Of a stretch of 64,000 nucleotides of DNA, positions 10,039 through 19,369 are shown piece after piece; the first letter of the stretch is position 1, and the number at the start of each line of letters is the position of its first letter. A program made the translations under genes and the position numbers. Origin of the DNA: Candidatus Methylomirabilota bacterium (GTDB lineage: Bacteria > Methylomirabilota > Methylomirabilia > Rokubacteriales > CSP1-6); contig DASYTI010000108.1 of the NCBI GenBank assembly GCA_036002485.1, positions 2,053 through 66,052 on the forward strand. The letters run 5' to 3'. The notes beneath the pieces are model-generated. The model was not told where the DNA came from and did not search any database. It saw only the letters and a list, made by a program, of their open reading frames with translations.

Positions 10039-11408
10039 GCGCGGCAGGCCTCGACGAACCGCTCTGGAATCTCGGGGCACGAGGCCCAGTGCAGGTGCAC
10101 GTAGCTCATCAGGGCACGCCCGACCATGTAGCCTTCGGCCTGCACCGGCGCGCCGGAGCCGTCATCGATTCGATAGACGCGCGCGACGGAAGCCGGGGGC
10201 GGCTCCAGCTCCGAGGCGTGGAATTCGTGGCCGCGAGCGCGCGTCCCGGCGGGCCCGATCAGGCTCGAGGCCGACGTGACGATCTCGCGATAGCCGAGAC
10301 GGAGCCGTCCCCTGACCCAGCGAGCGCGCGCCGGCAGAAGCCCGGTCATGGGCCACGTGACCCCGTCTCCATCTTCGAGGGACTCGGCCAGGTACATGAG
10401 GCCGCCACACTCGGCGTAGACAGGCCGTCCGGCCTCGGCGAGCTTCCGGACGGCTTGGCGCATGACGACGTTGGCGCTCAGGCGCTCGGCATGGATTTCG
10501 GGATAGCCGCCCCCCAGGTAGAGGCCGTCTACTTCGGGGAGCGTGGCATCGTCCATCGGACTCCAGAATACGAGGTCGGCTCCTGCCCGGCGGAGGAGAT
10601 CGAGATTCTCGGCGTAGTAGAACTGGAAGGCGCGATCGAGAGCCACTCCTACCCGCACCGGTCGCCCGGTGAGGCGAGGGCCCGCGGCCACTCCTCTCCG
10701 CTCGACCGTGCTCGTCGCGAAATTCACGAGGGCGTCCAGATCGAGCTCGCGCTCGACCAGCGTCGCCAGCGCCTCGCCCAACGCGGACGTGTATCCACCC
10801 TCGGCGGCCGTCACGAGGCCGAGGTGCCGCTCCGGCAGCGCCACCTCCGGCGCATGGGGCAGCCCCCCCAGGACACGCGACCGGCAGGCGCCCGTCACGG
10901 CTTGTCGCAGCCATTCGAGGTGGCGGGAGCCACCCACGCGGTTGAAGATCACGCCCTCCACGCGAAGATCGGGATCGAAGCGCTCGAAGCCCAAGACAAC
11001 CGCGCCGGCGCTCCTCACGAGGGCGCCCGCGTCCATCACCAGCACCACCGGCGCCCCCAGCCACTTCGCGATCTGCGCGGTCGATCCCTCGTCGCTGCTG
11101 CCGTCGCGCCCGTCGAAGCAGCCCATCATGCCCTCGACGAGGGCCACGTCTGCGCCGGCGGCGTACCGTCCCACCGCGTCCAGCACGGCGTCGCGCCCGC
11201 ACATCCAGCCGTCGAGATTGACGGCCGGCCGGTGGCTGGCCAGCCCATGAAAGGCCGTGTCGATGAAGTCGGGCCCGACCTTGAAGGCCTGCACGGTGAG
11301 ACCGCGGCGGCGGAGCGCTTCGAGGAGGCCGAGCATCAGAGTGGTCTTGCCCACCCCGCTCGACACGCCGGCGACGACGACGACGGGAATGCGCTCGGAG
11401 AGGTTCAT
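10035..11408 (-). CDS. cbiA: Cobyrinic acid a,c-diamide synthase
   Basis: MNLSERIPVVVVAGVSSGVGKTT... is CbiA/CobB-like, with a C-terminal GATase region. The raw ORF has a spurious 105-aa N-terminal extension; the ATG at 11408 is used. Confidence 0.85.
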   Translation of the reverse strand: MNLSERIPVVVVAGVSSGVGKTTLMLGLLEALRRRGLTVQAFKVGPDFIDTAFHGLASHRPAVNLDGWMCGRDAVLDAVGRYAAGADVALVEGMMGCFDGRDGSSDEGSTAQIAKWLGAPVVLVMDAGALVRSAGAVVLGFERFDPDLRVEGVIFNRVGGSRHLEWLRQAVTGACRSRVLGGLPHAPEVALPERHLGLVTAAEGGYTSALGEALATLVERELDLDALVNFATSTVERRGVAAGPRLTGRPVRVGVALDRAFQFYYAENLDLLRRAGADLVFWSPMDDATLPEVDGLYLGGGYPEIHAERLSANVVMRQAVRKLAEAGRPVYAECGGLMYLAESLEDGDGVTWPMTGLLPARARWVRGRLRLGYREIVTSASSLIGPAGTRARGHEFHASELEPPPASVARVYRIDDGSGAPVQAEGYMVGRALMSYVHLHWASCPEIPERFVEACRA

Positions 11409-12463
11409 GGCGAGCGCTCGGAGACGCCGGCGGACTTGAAGGTGGCCATCTCGCCCAGAATCTTCACGGCCGCCCTCGCCAGGGCTATGCAAAGAGCCGA
11501 GCCCGTTCCCTCGCCCAACCGCATGTCGAGCTCCAGAAAGGGCTTGAGGCCGAGGGCATCGAGCACATGAGAGGCGCCGGGCTCGGTCGAGCGATGAGAG
11601 GCCAGCAGGTAATGCCGCGCCTCGGGCTTGAGCCTCACCGCGGCCAGGGCCGCCGCGCCCGTGATGAACCCGTCGAGCACCACGGGAATACGCAAGGCCG
11701 CGCCGGCCAGGATGACGCCGCACAGTCCGCCAATCTCGAATCCGCCGATCTTGGCCAGCACGTCGACACCATCGGTCGGATCGGGCCGGTTGACGGCGAG
11801 CGCGCGCCTGATGACGTCCACCTTCCTGGCGCGTCCCTCTGCATCCACGCCGGTGCCCGGACCCGTGACCGCCTCGGGGGGAAGGCCCGTGAGGGCGGCC
11901 ACCACGGCGCTGGCCGCCGTGGTATTGCCGATCCCCATCTCTCCCGTCCCGATGAGATCGAGCCCGCGCGCGTGCTCGGCGCGCACGAGGCTCGCGCCTG
12001 CCTCGATGGCGCGCAGCGCGTCCCCGCGGCTCATGGCGGCGCCGCGGCTCATGTCGCGAGTGCCCGGCCCGACGGGCATGCTCACGAGCGACGGATGGGC
12101 GGGGAGCGGCCCGGCCACGCCAAGGTCCGCCACCACCACGGCGGCGCCCGCGTGGCGAGCAAGGACATTGACGGCCGCGCCTCCGCGGAGAAAGTTTTCC
12201 ACCATCTGCGTCGTCACCACTTGCGGATACGCGCTCACTCCTTCGGCCACCACTCCATGATCGGCGGCCAGAGTGAAGATGACCGGCCGATCGACGGTGG
12301 GCGGGAATCTTCCCGAGATCTCGGCGAGTCGCCGCGCCAGCTCCTCCAGCCGTCCGAGACTGCCCGGTGGCTTGGTCAGCTCGTCGAGAGCCCGCTGGGC
12401 CTGGAGACCCGGCGCCGGATCCGGGATGCCGATGCGGCTAAGGAGACTCGAGAGGTCGGGCAT
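11405..12463 (-). CDS. cobT: Nicotinate-nucleotide--dimethylbenzimidazole phosphoribosyltransferase
   Basis: Full-length CobT-like protein (GEMGIGNTT, LGEGTGS motifs). Confidence 0.9.
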   Translation of the reverse strand: MPDLSSLLSRIGIPDPAPGLQAQRALDELTKPPGSLGRLEELARRLAEISGRFPPTVDRPVIFTLAADHGVVAEGVSAYPQVVTTQMVENFLRGGAAVNVLARHAGAAVVVADLGVAGPLPAHPSLVSMPVGPGTRDMSRGAAMSRGDALRAIEAGASLVRAEHARGLDLIGTGEMGIGNTTAASAVVAALTGLPPEAVTGPGTGVDAEGRARKVDVIRRALAVNRPDPTDGVDVLAKIGGFEIGGLCGVILAGAALRIPVVLDGFITGAAALAAVRLKPEARHYLLASHRSTEPGASHVLDALGLKPFLELDMRLGEGTGSALCIALARAAVKILGEMATFKSAGVSERSP

Positions 12464-13034
12464 CGGAGGGAGTCCGTGGCGCTCGGTCTTTGACGAGGAG
12501 GGGAATGCCGGCGACCATGAGGGTGACGCGATCGGCCGCGGCCGCGAGGCGCTGGTTGACGCCGCCCAGGGTGTCCTGGAAGCGTACGCCTATCTCCGTC
12601 GGGGGGTGGACGCCGGAGCCGACCTCATTGGACACGATGACGAGCGAGGCACGCCGCTCGCCCACCAGTCCCGCCAGCGCATCAGCGGCCGCGAGGACCT
12701 CTTCCGGGGCATCGCCCCGGAGCAGGAGATTCGACACCCAGAGCGTGAGGCAGTCGAGGACGATGAGGTCGACGCGATCGGTCAGGCTCCGGCAGGCCTC
12801 GGTGATCTGGTAGGGCTCTTCGACGGTGCACCAGCTCTTGGGCCGGTCCGCCTGATGACGCGCGATGCGCCGAGCCATGTCCCCATCGGCAGCCCGCGCC
12901 GTGGCGAGAAAGCCCGTGCGCGCCTCCGAGGCGGACCCCGTGGCGAGCTGGATGGCCTGGCGGCTCTTGCCGCTGCGGACGCCGCCGAGAATCAAGTCCG
13001 TTTGGTGGAGATCGGATTGACGGGTCGGGCTCAC
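12438..13034 (-). CDS. cobU: Adenosylcobinamide kinase / adenosylcobinamide-phosphate guanylyltransferase
   Basis: P-loop ILGGVRSGKS and CobU/CobP-like sequence. A likely GTG start at 13034 lies 40 nt downstream of the B12 box. Confidence 0.8.
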   Translation of the reverse strand: MSPTRQSDLHQTDLILGGVRSGKSRQAIQLATGSASEARTGFLATARAADGDMARRIARHQADRPKSWCTVEEPYQITEACRSLTDRVDLIVLDCLTLWVSNLLLRGDAPEEVLAAADALAGLVGERRASLVIVSNEVGSGVHPPTEIGVRFQDTLGGVNQRLAAAADRVTLMVAGIPLLVKDRAPRTPSDARPLESP

Positions 13035-13059
13035 CCGGGTCCTCCCGCGAAGACCGGTT

Positions 13060-13265
13060 GCAGTGCGGGCGCCCGGGCAGGTCTCCTGGCTTTCGGATCG
13101 TCCTACTCCCCGCGCCTTCCCGGCCCAGAGCGTCACGGGCCAGTGGCTTCACGCGGGTTTCGTCCCCGATTACAGTGACGGGGTCGCGGCGGATTCGCAC
13201 CGCCTTCCCTGGGGCTCGCACCTGGCGGGCCGCCCGGACGCCAATGACGCGGTGACCCTAGCAGA
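13060..13265 (-). ncRNA. Cobalamin riboswitch heading the cobU-cobT-cbiA-btuFCD operon
   Basis: Minus-strand sequence ...GGUGCGAGCCCCAGGGAAGGCGGUGCGAAUCCGCCGCGACCCCGUCACUGUAAUCGGGGACGAA...AAGCCAGGAGACCUGCC. The last block matches the B12 box consensus (plus 13076-13091). Confidence 0.85.
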
Positions 13266-13418
13266 TGAGCCGTACCAGGTCAATCGGAGCGGGCGCTGGG
13301 TCAATTTACTTTGCCCCAGTGCCGGTGCCCAAAACAGGGGTGCGCGGATTGTGCTCTTTGGACCGGTTCCCTATAATCCGCGGAGTACCCGGAACGCCCA
13401 CCCAATGGAGGAATCGCG

Positions 13419-13838
13419 ATGCTTGAGCCGCGTCACGCACGCCTTGCCATGACCGCCCTGATCGCCGCCCTGTTGCTCGGGGCCTGCGCCGAGTCTATCG
13501 TGCGCCCCTCCACGGTCGTGCCGATCCGGAGCTTCAGCCAGGTCGCGGGCAAGTGGGATGGGCTGGCCATTGGACCGAAAACGGCCGGCGATGCCAGCTT
13601 CTTCCAGATCACGATCGCTGGTGATGGCACCTATCAGGCGGGCACGACCCGTGGAATGGGCGTCTTTGCGGGAAGCGGCAAGCTCACAATCAAGGACGGC
13701 AAGCTGACCACGGAAGGCGACGGCGATTCGGCCACCTATACGCTCTACGAGTCCGGCGGAAAGCGCCTGCTGCAGCTGGACGGCGTCGTCAAGCCGGGCC
13801 GGGGCGTCACGGCCAACCTGACTCCCGCCAAGAAGTGA
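13419..13838 (+). CDS. Hypothetical lipoprotein (lipobox LLGAC)
   Basis: 139-aa ORF with a signal peptide and lipobox. A possible -35/-10 (TTGTGC/TATAAT) lies at 13349-13377. A strong hairpin follows at 13866-13905. Confidence 0.6.
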   Translation: MLEPRHARLAMTALIAALLLGACAESIVRPSTVVPIRSFSQVAGKWDGLAIGPKTAGDASFFQITIAGDGTYQAGTTRGMGVFAGSGKLTIKDGKLTTEGDGDSATYTLYESGGKRLLQLDGVVKPGRGVTANLTPAKK

Positions 13839-13937
13839 TCTTCGAAGGCTGAGCGGTACGCCCCCCAGCCGCCCGGCGGGGACGCCTCCCCCGCCGGGCG
13901 GCTATGCGCGGCTTCGGGCTCTGCGCCCGCCTATCGT

Positions 13938-14068
13938 CTAGCCGTCTGTCCAAGTCATTCCCCTGTTCTCGCGCGCCGGAAAGCTCCGCTTCGAGCGCCG
14001 GCTTCGCCGGCGCAATCTGTTCGGGGGAAGCTTCGGAAGGGGGGCGGAGCCCCCTCCGAACTCTCTAG
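13938..14068 (+). repeat. Copy A of a ~131-bp CTAG-bounded GC-rich double-hairpin repeat element; inverted relative to copies B and C
   Basis: About 85-90% identical to the reverse complement of 38147-38277 and 56279-56410. The terminal CTAG at 14065-14068 supplies the TAG stop of the downstream minus-strand gene. Confidence 0.75.
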
Positions 14069-14562
14069 CCGGTATAGCCCCGCGAGCGCATGCAGCTCGC
14101 ATAGGCGTTCCGATAGCGTTCGTCGTGCTTCTGGTTCTCGTTCAGGCCGTAGAGCGTACCGCCTCCCGCTCCCACGAGCCCGCCGATGGCGGCACCCTTG
14201 CCGGCGCCGGAGCCGCCACCTGCGATAGCGCCGCCCGCCGCGCCGAGGGCGGCGCCGGCGACCGCGCCGATAGCGCCGTCTTTGATCGTGTCGACCGTCT
14301 TGTCCCTATGCCCCGATTGTGTCGCTGCGTACTGGTTGCACGCGGCGACCGCCGACTGGGTGGGAACCGCCGACGCCGGTGGCGTCTCCGAGCTCGCCAC
14401 GCGGGAGGCGGGGCGGCTCGAGGTCGTCTCGGTCACCTTCTTGTCACTGTCCTTGCCTGACCAGTTGGCCACGACAAGGCCCGTGGCCAGCGCGGTCACG
14501 ATCACGAGGGCCATGCCGATGGCCGTGAGCTTCCACGGATTGTTCCAGCCGCCGTCAGCCAT
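14065..14562 (-). CDS. Glycine-zipper membrane protein (hypothetical)
   Basis: N-terminal TM helix, Ser/Thr/Pro linker and a Gly-zipper segment (GAIGAVAGAALGAAGGAIAGGGSGAG). AAGGAGAG RBS. Confidence 0.65.
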   Translation of the reverse strand: MADGGWNNPWKLTAIGMALVIVTALATGLVVANWSGKDSDKKVTETTSSRPASRVASSETPPASAVPTQSAVAACNQYAATQSGHRDKTVDTIKDGAIGAVAGAALGAAGGAIAGGGSGAGKGAAIGGLVGAGGGTLYGLNENQKHDERYRNAYASCMRSRGYTG

Positions 14563-14777
14563 GCTCGCTCTCCTTCTCGTTGACTGCCCAGCTATTTGCC
14601 AGCCGCGATGGAAATGTCCTGAGCAGGCATCGCAACCAGGATGCCAGGGGCGTGCGTCGGGAAGGGAGCGGGAAAAGGTTTGAAATCTCAGGACTTGGGA
14701 TCGAGTCTCCGTCCACGACAGGGACGGGAGAACGCGAAAGATTTACGGCCCCGCGTAATGCTTACCGGGGCGAGCCG

Positions 14778-15143
14778 TCAGAATCGATGGAGACGCTCGA
14801 TGAGGCGCCGCTCGCGCTTGGTGGGGCGACCAAGGCCCTTGGGGCGGATGACGGCCGGCAGGACGCGGGCCTCGCGTGGCGGGGGCGGTGGAGTCAGATC
14901 CTCGTAGAGGAGAGCGGCTTGGGCGCCGGAACCTCGTCGATCCGACAGGGCGGAGACCCTGACGATTTTCTTGCCGCGCGGCAGGGTGATGCGCACGAGG
15001 TCTCCCGGCCGGAGGACCCGCGACGGCTTCACCGCCTGGTCATTCACGTCCACCTTGCCGCCGTCGCACGCGGCGGAGGCGAGCGTCCGGCTCTTGAAGA
15101 AACGTGCGGCCCAGAGCCACTTGTCCACTCGGAGATCCGCCAT
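14778..15143 (-). CDS. hslR: Heat-shock protein 15 / ribosome-associated S4-domain RNA-binding protein
   Basis: MADLRVDKWLWAARFFKSR is an S4 domain with Hsp15-like sequence. Confidence 0.8.
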   Translation of the reverse strand: MADLRVDKWLWAARFFKSRTLASAACDGGKVDVNDQAVKPSRVLRPGDLVRITLPRGKKIVRVSALSDRRGSGAQAALLYEDLTPPPPPREARVLPAVIRPKGLGRPTKRERRLIERLHRF

Positions 15144-15236
15144 GATGCGCTTACCCTAGCACAGGGGGTGGGCTATACTCCCCCGGGGCGAGTCGTCCGT
15201 CGACGCGCAATCAACGACAGGAGACGCGGAGATACC

Positions 15237-15905
15237 ATGCGACGAGGAATTGTCCTGGCCGTGCTGCTCGCCACGGCCTCGGTGGTCTGGGCTCAGGGGG
15301 CCCCGCTCGTCGTCGAGGACTGGGCCAAGCCGCCCGTCGGCCAGAAGGGCATACCCACGGGCTGGAAGGCCCAGAACTGGGGAAGTCCGAGCTACGACTT
15401 CGAGATCGTGAGCGAAGGCTCCCTGCGCCGCGTTCACATGAAGAGCAACGGCGACAGCTCCACCATCAACAAGGAAGTCAAGATCGACTGCAAGGACTAC
15501 CAGATCTTGCAGTGGAGCTGGAAGGTCGTGGAGCTTCCCAAGGGCGCCGACGCTCGTAAGAAGGCGACGGACGACGAGGCCGCCCAGATCTACGTCACCT
15601 TCCCCCGCTTTCCTTCGGCGGTGCGGTCCCGCATCATCGGGTACATCTGGGACACGACGGCCCCGACCGGGAGCATGTTCAAGAGCCAGAAGACCGGGCT
15701 CGTCACCTACGTCGTCGTTCGCTCGGGTGAGGCTGATCTCGGCAAGTGGCTGACCGAGTCCCGCAATGTCTGCCAGGACTACAAGAAGATCTACGGCGAG
15801 GACCCGGACGAGAAGATCGAGGCAATCTCGATCGGCATCGATTCCGACGACACGCGCTCACGGGCCGAGGCGTACTTCGGCGAGATCGTCTTCAAAAAGT
15901 CCTGA
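15237..15905 (+). CDS. DUF3047-like secreted protein
   Basis: The genuine start ATG 15237 follows an AGGAGACG RBS, then a signal peptide. The raw ORF start at 14580 is a spurious extension. Confidence 0.6.
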   Translation: MRRGIVLAVLLATASVVWAQGAPLVVEDWAKPPVGQKGIPTGWKAQNWGSPSYDFEIVSEGSLRRVHMKSNGDSSTINKEVKIDCKDYQILQWSWKVVELPKGADARKKATDDEAAQIYVTFPRFPSAVRSRIIGYIWDTTAPTGSMFKSQKTGLVTYVVVRSGEADLGKWLTESRNVCQDYKKIYGEDPDEKIEAISIGIDSDDTRSRAEAYFGEIVFKKS

Positions 15906-15933
15906 GCGCAGGTCCCGACCAGGAGGACCCACG

Positions 15934-16335
15934 GTGGGCAGAAGCGGTCTGGAGGGATACGGGACGCTCGTGCTGCGCATTTTTCTCGGCTTCATCTATC
16001 TGGCGCACGCGTACCTGGCCGTCTACAAGATCGGTTTTCCCTCGGGGCTGATCGCCTACCAGCGCAGCGTGGGCATCCCGCTGCCCGAGCTGGGGGCCTG
16101 GTACTTGCTGCTCGCTCACGGGCTGGGCGGGATCTTGCTGATCCTCGGGATCCTGGTCCGCTGGGCGGCCCTCGCCAATATCCCGGTCATAGCGGGCGCC
16201 CTCTGGTTCGTCCACGCGAGTCAGGGTTTCTTCATCTTCGCGGGCAAGAACGGGTACGAGTACGCCCTCTTCGTTCTGGGGGCGACCATCGCCCAGGTCC
16301 TCCTGGGTCCCGGAGCCTTCACGCTCAAGAAGTAG
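15934..16335 (+). CDS. DoxX-family membrane protein
   Basis: Four TM helices and a DoxX-like sequence. GTG start after an AGGAGG RBS. Confidence 0.65.
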   Translation: MGRSGLEGYGTLVLRIFLGFIYLAHAYLAVYKIGFPSGLIAYQRSVGIPLPELGAWYLLLAHGLGGILLILGILVRWAALANIPVIAGALWFVHASQGFFIFAGKNGYEYALFVLGATIAQVLLGPGAFTLKK

Positions 16336-16438
16336 GATTGATCTGCGGGGCGCGACTCGGCGTGAGTCGGATAGGAAGCGGGATCTTCGACCGGACTGGC
16401 TCCGCGCGCGACCGGACTGGCTCCGCCGGGGGCCGCGG

Positions 16439-17203
16439 CTATTGCTGTTTCGCTTGGGGTCCCGGGAACTGGTCGGGCGAGACCTTGCTGTTGGCGGGCC
16501 CCAGGGGCAGCTGGGTGACCTGGCCGGCCTCGATGCTCAGGGTCTGCTCCCATAGCTCCATGGCGGGGGCGCCGTCCTCCGCCTTGGCGACCAGGCGGTA
16601 CTTGCCGGGCGCGAGGTCGCGGAACTCGTAGCGCTCTCCCAGCCGGAACGGGCGGGAGAGGTTGACGCTCTTGGTGTTCGGATCGTCGCCGGTCAGCATC
16701 ACGCGGACCTTGATCAGCCGCTCGCGCGAATTCACGCCAGGCCATTCGAGCGTGCCCGCGACATTGCCCTTGGTGGCGGCCTGGGCGCGCGCGGCGCTCG
16801 CCGCATCGGGGCCGGCCGAGGCGACGGCGGTGGCCGGCAAGAGCCCTTCTCGCGCGAGCCACTGGCGCGCACTGCGGTAGTAGTCCGCGGTCTGATCGCC
16901 CCGCTTGACGACCCATTGAAATTGCTCGATGGTCTCGGCTCGCTTCCCCAGGTATGTGTAGGCCGAGCCCAGGGCGAACCGGAGCGCCATGTCATTGGGC
17001 TCGAGGGCCACCGCCTCCTGATACTTGGCGGCCGCCTTGGCGTGCTCGCCACGCTCCATCAGCTGATCGCCCTCGCCGCGCGCCACCACGGCGGGCGACA
17101 CGCTGGGCGCTTGAGCCGGGCGGGCCGGCGCCGGTCCCTGCTGGCAACCAAAAACGAGCCCGACCGCCGCCAGCGCGAAGAGCAGCGAGTAGTCGGGCCG
17201 CAT
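16439..17203 (-). CDS. TPR-repeat lipoprotein (hypothetical)
   Basis: Lipobox LVFGC and TPR-like repeats (AAAKYQEAVALEPNDMALRFALGSAYTYLGK). Confidence 0.6.
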   Translation of the reverse strand: MRPDYSLLFALAAVGLVFGCQQGPAPARPAQAPSVSPAVVARGEGDQLMERGEHAKAAAKYQEAVALEPNDMALRFALGSAYTYLGKRAETIEQFQWVVKRGDQTADYYRSARQWLAREGLLPATAVASAGPDAASAARAQAATKGNVAGTLEWPGVNSRERLIKVRVMLTGDDPNTKSVNLSRPFRLGERYEFRDLAPGKYRLVAKAEDGAPAMELWEQTLSIEAGQVTQLPLGPANSKVSPDQFPGPQAKQQ

Positions 17204-17205
17204 GC

Positions 17206-18705
17206 TCAATTCTCCCGCCACGAGATGATCCGTTGGTTATAGGCGGCCCGGAGGGCCATGTTGATGTTCTGGGTGCTGTTCCTGATGGCAAGGCCGAGGG
17301 ACTGGTTCAAGAACTCGTAGTAGCCGTTGGCTTCGTTCCAGATCGCCTCATTCGAGATGAAGGCGCCGCGGATCTCCGTATTGCTGGTGGCGCGGAAGCC
17401 CGTGCCCACGTAGCGCCCCGTCACGATCACGATGCCGTCCCAGTAGAAGTCCACATTGCGGCCACCGATGGAGAGCCCGGCGCCAGACGTATTGACTGCC
17501 ATGTCGCCGTCCTCGACCACGAGGATGCCTGCGCCTTTGATCGTGCCGAGCAGGTTGAGGCCCGTGAAGTTCGATGAGGTATCGAGCTCGCCGCGGAAGT
17601 ACACGAGCTTGGGGTCCGAGGGCGAGCCCAGGTTGATCGTGGTGCCGATCGGCGGATTGCCGGGGCATCCACTCCCCAGGGTCGCGAGCGTCGGCGTATT
17701 GGCGGTAGCCACGGTACCGACAAGCCGGAGCGGACAAGCCAGGCTGCTCTGGATCACCGTCGTGGCCGGATTGGCGGCCAGCTTGTTGAGGAAGTTGAGC
17801 ATGGTGGTCGGGGTCAGCGAGGCGTCGGGCGCGATGGTGGGGAGGCCACTCGTCAGCACGCCGGTGCTCTGGTGCTTGCCCTGGACCGTGGCCTGCTTGG
17901 CCGCGGTGTCGAACGCGCTCTCGGCTCGGGACTCATAGGTAATGCCTAGGTTGGCCTGAGTGCCGGGCTGGGTGGTGATGCCGAAGCGCAAGGGGCCCGT
18001 GCCCGTGGGGCCGCCGCCATTGGTGTCGGCGCGGACCCAGTCGCGGCCATCGATGGTCTGGTTGGCCCAAACGCCGTTCATGTAGGTATCGGCCTGCATG
18101 CCCGGCAGATTGGCGGCGCCGTTGACCACGAGCGTGTTTCGCGAGACGACCGCCGTGATCTGCCGGGTCGCCGTGCCGAAGCTGCCCGTGGCCGTGACGA
18201 TCACGATGCCGTTGGTGTCCACGAACTTTCCTCCGCCGTCGACGGCAACACCGGTGAGGACCTGGTCACCCGCGTAGCCGCCCCCGGCGCCGATCGAATC
18301 ATTCCTGAGCGTGACCGAGAAGGTCCCAGCGGTGGTGGTGAGCCCCGGCAAGGCGCCCGGCGCCGGCGAGTTCGGGCAGAAGGCGTTGTCCATCTGCGCC
18401 GCGATGTTCTGGCCGGCCACCGACGTGGCCAGCTGGTCGTCCGCGTTGTTCTGCACGTTGTCGGGGCCGGCCAGGAACTGGCTGAGGTCTTGGTCGGCCA
18501 TGCAGTCGAAGGCCCACTCGATGCCGGCCTCGGCGAGATGCCTCGCTCGGGCCGTGTCCGAGAGGTTGCGGGACATCGTGGGCTCGACCGCGCCCAGGTT
18601 CAGCACGGTGAGCACCAGCATGGTCAAGATGAGTAGCGAGATCAGGGCGAGGGGCAAGGCCACGCCGCGCTGGTCCCGCATCAGGGCTCGAAGGGAAGTG
18701 ATCAT
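17206..18705 (-). CDS. pilX: PilX-like type IV pilus minor pilin / assembly protein
   Basis: N-terminal hydrophobic PilX_N helix (RGVALPLALISLLILTMLVLTVL) followed by a large Gly/Thr-rich domain. Confidence 0.65.
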   Translation of the reverse strand: MITSLRALMRDQRGVALPLALISLLILTMLVLTVLNLGAVEPTMSRNLSDTARARHLAEAGIEWAFDCMADQDLSQFLAGPDNVQNNADDQLATSVAGQNIAAQMDNAFCPNSPAPGALPGLTTTAGTFSVTLRNDSIGAGGGYAGDQVLTGVAVDGGGKFVDTNGIVIVTATGSFGTATRQITAVVSRNTLVVNGAANLPGMQADTYMNGVWANQTIDGRDWVRADTNGGGPTGTGPLRFGITTQPGTQANLGITYESRAESAFDTAAKQATVQGKHQSTGVLTSGLPTIAPDASLTPTTMLNFLNKLAANPATTVIQSSLACPLRLVGTVATANTPTLATLGSGCPGNPPIGTTINLGSPSDPKLVYFRGELDTSSNFTGLNLLGTIKGAGILVVEDGDMAVNTSGAGLSIGGRNVDFYWDGIVIVTGRYVGTGFRATSNTEIRGAFISNEAIWNEANGYYEFLNQSLGLAIRNSTQNINMALRAAYNQRIISWREN

Positions 18706-18712
18706 AGAGTCC

Positions 18713-19369
18713 TCACGCAGTCGGTCGGTTGCGCAGGCGCACGCGGTTGACCATGGTCACCTGCGGCTGGCCGGCGCTCTGTTGGGTCGTGATGGTAATC
18801 GTCACCGTACGGATATTCGCGGCGGCGATGGCCACGTTGTTGTCCTGATCGAGATAGGTGAAAGCGAGATTGATAATGCCCGCCGCCACCACCACCGCGG
18901 CACCGTCTACCCCGATCTCCTGGCGGGTGAGCTGCCCGGTCCCCGGGGTATACGTGTAGACGATCTGCTCGCCGCGAAGGGCGCCCGTGATGGGATCCGT
19001 CACCGCGACCGCGGTGATCGCGGCGCTCCCATCCCAGTCGTTCTGGATGGTCAGCGACGTCGCCGTCTGCGCCGTGATGGCATTGAAGACATAGTTGAAC
19101 GGCGGGCACGGGACCGCGGGAGCGCCGGGGCAGGTCGGCCCGCTCGGCAGGTAGCCGGCCTGCCGGATCTCCTCGATCATTCGCTCCAGGCTCATTCGCG
19201 CATTCTGCTGGGCGTCCTGCTTGGCCGCCGTGGTCGCGGCGCTCTGCTGCCCGACGAGGAGGAGGCTGAGGACGCCGGCCATGACGGTTCCCATCAGGGC
19301 GCAGACAACCAGCAGCTCGGTCATGGTGAACCCGCGGTCATCTCTGAGCATCCGCCGCAGAGGGTTCAT
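18713..19369 (-). CDS. pilW: PilW-like prepilin-type minor pilin
   Basis: Class III signal/N-methylation motif GFTMTELLVV. ATGA overlap with pilV. The raw ORF carries a spurious 78-aa N-terminal extension. Confidence 0.7.
   Translation of the reverse strand: MNPLRRMLRDDRGFTMTELLVVCALMGTVMAGVLSLLLVGQQSAATTAAKQDAQQNARMSLERMIEEIRQAGYLPSGPTCPGAPAVPCPPFNYVFNAITAQTATSLTIQNDWDGSAAITAVAVTDPITGALRGEQIVYTYTPGTGQLTRQEIGVDGAAVVVAAGIINLAFTYLDQDNNVAIAAANIRTVTITITTQQSAGQPQVTMVNRVRLRNRPTA

Noticed and set aside
11409-11723. 105-aa N-terminal extension of the raw cbiA ORF; similar extensions occur on cobU, pilW, pepN, aroK and the DksA-like gene.
   Set aside because: The extensions overlap upstream genes and are compositionally junk. 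Internal starts coincide with 4-nt overlaps or RBS motifs and with the expected family N-termini.
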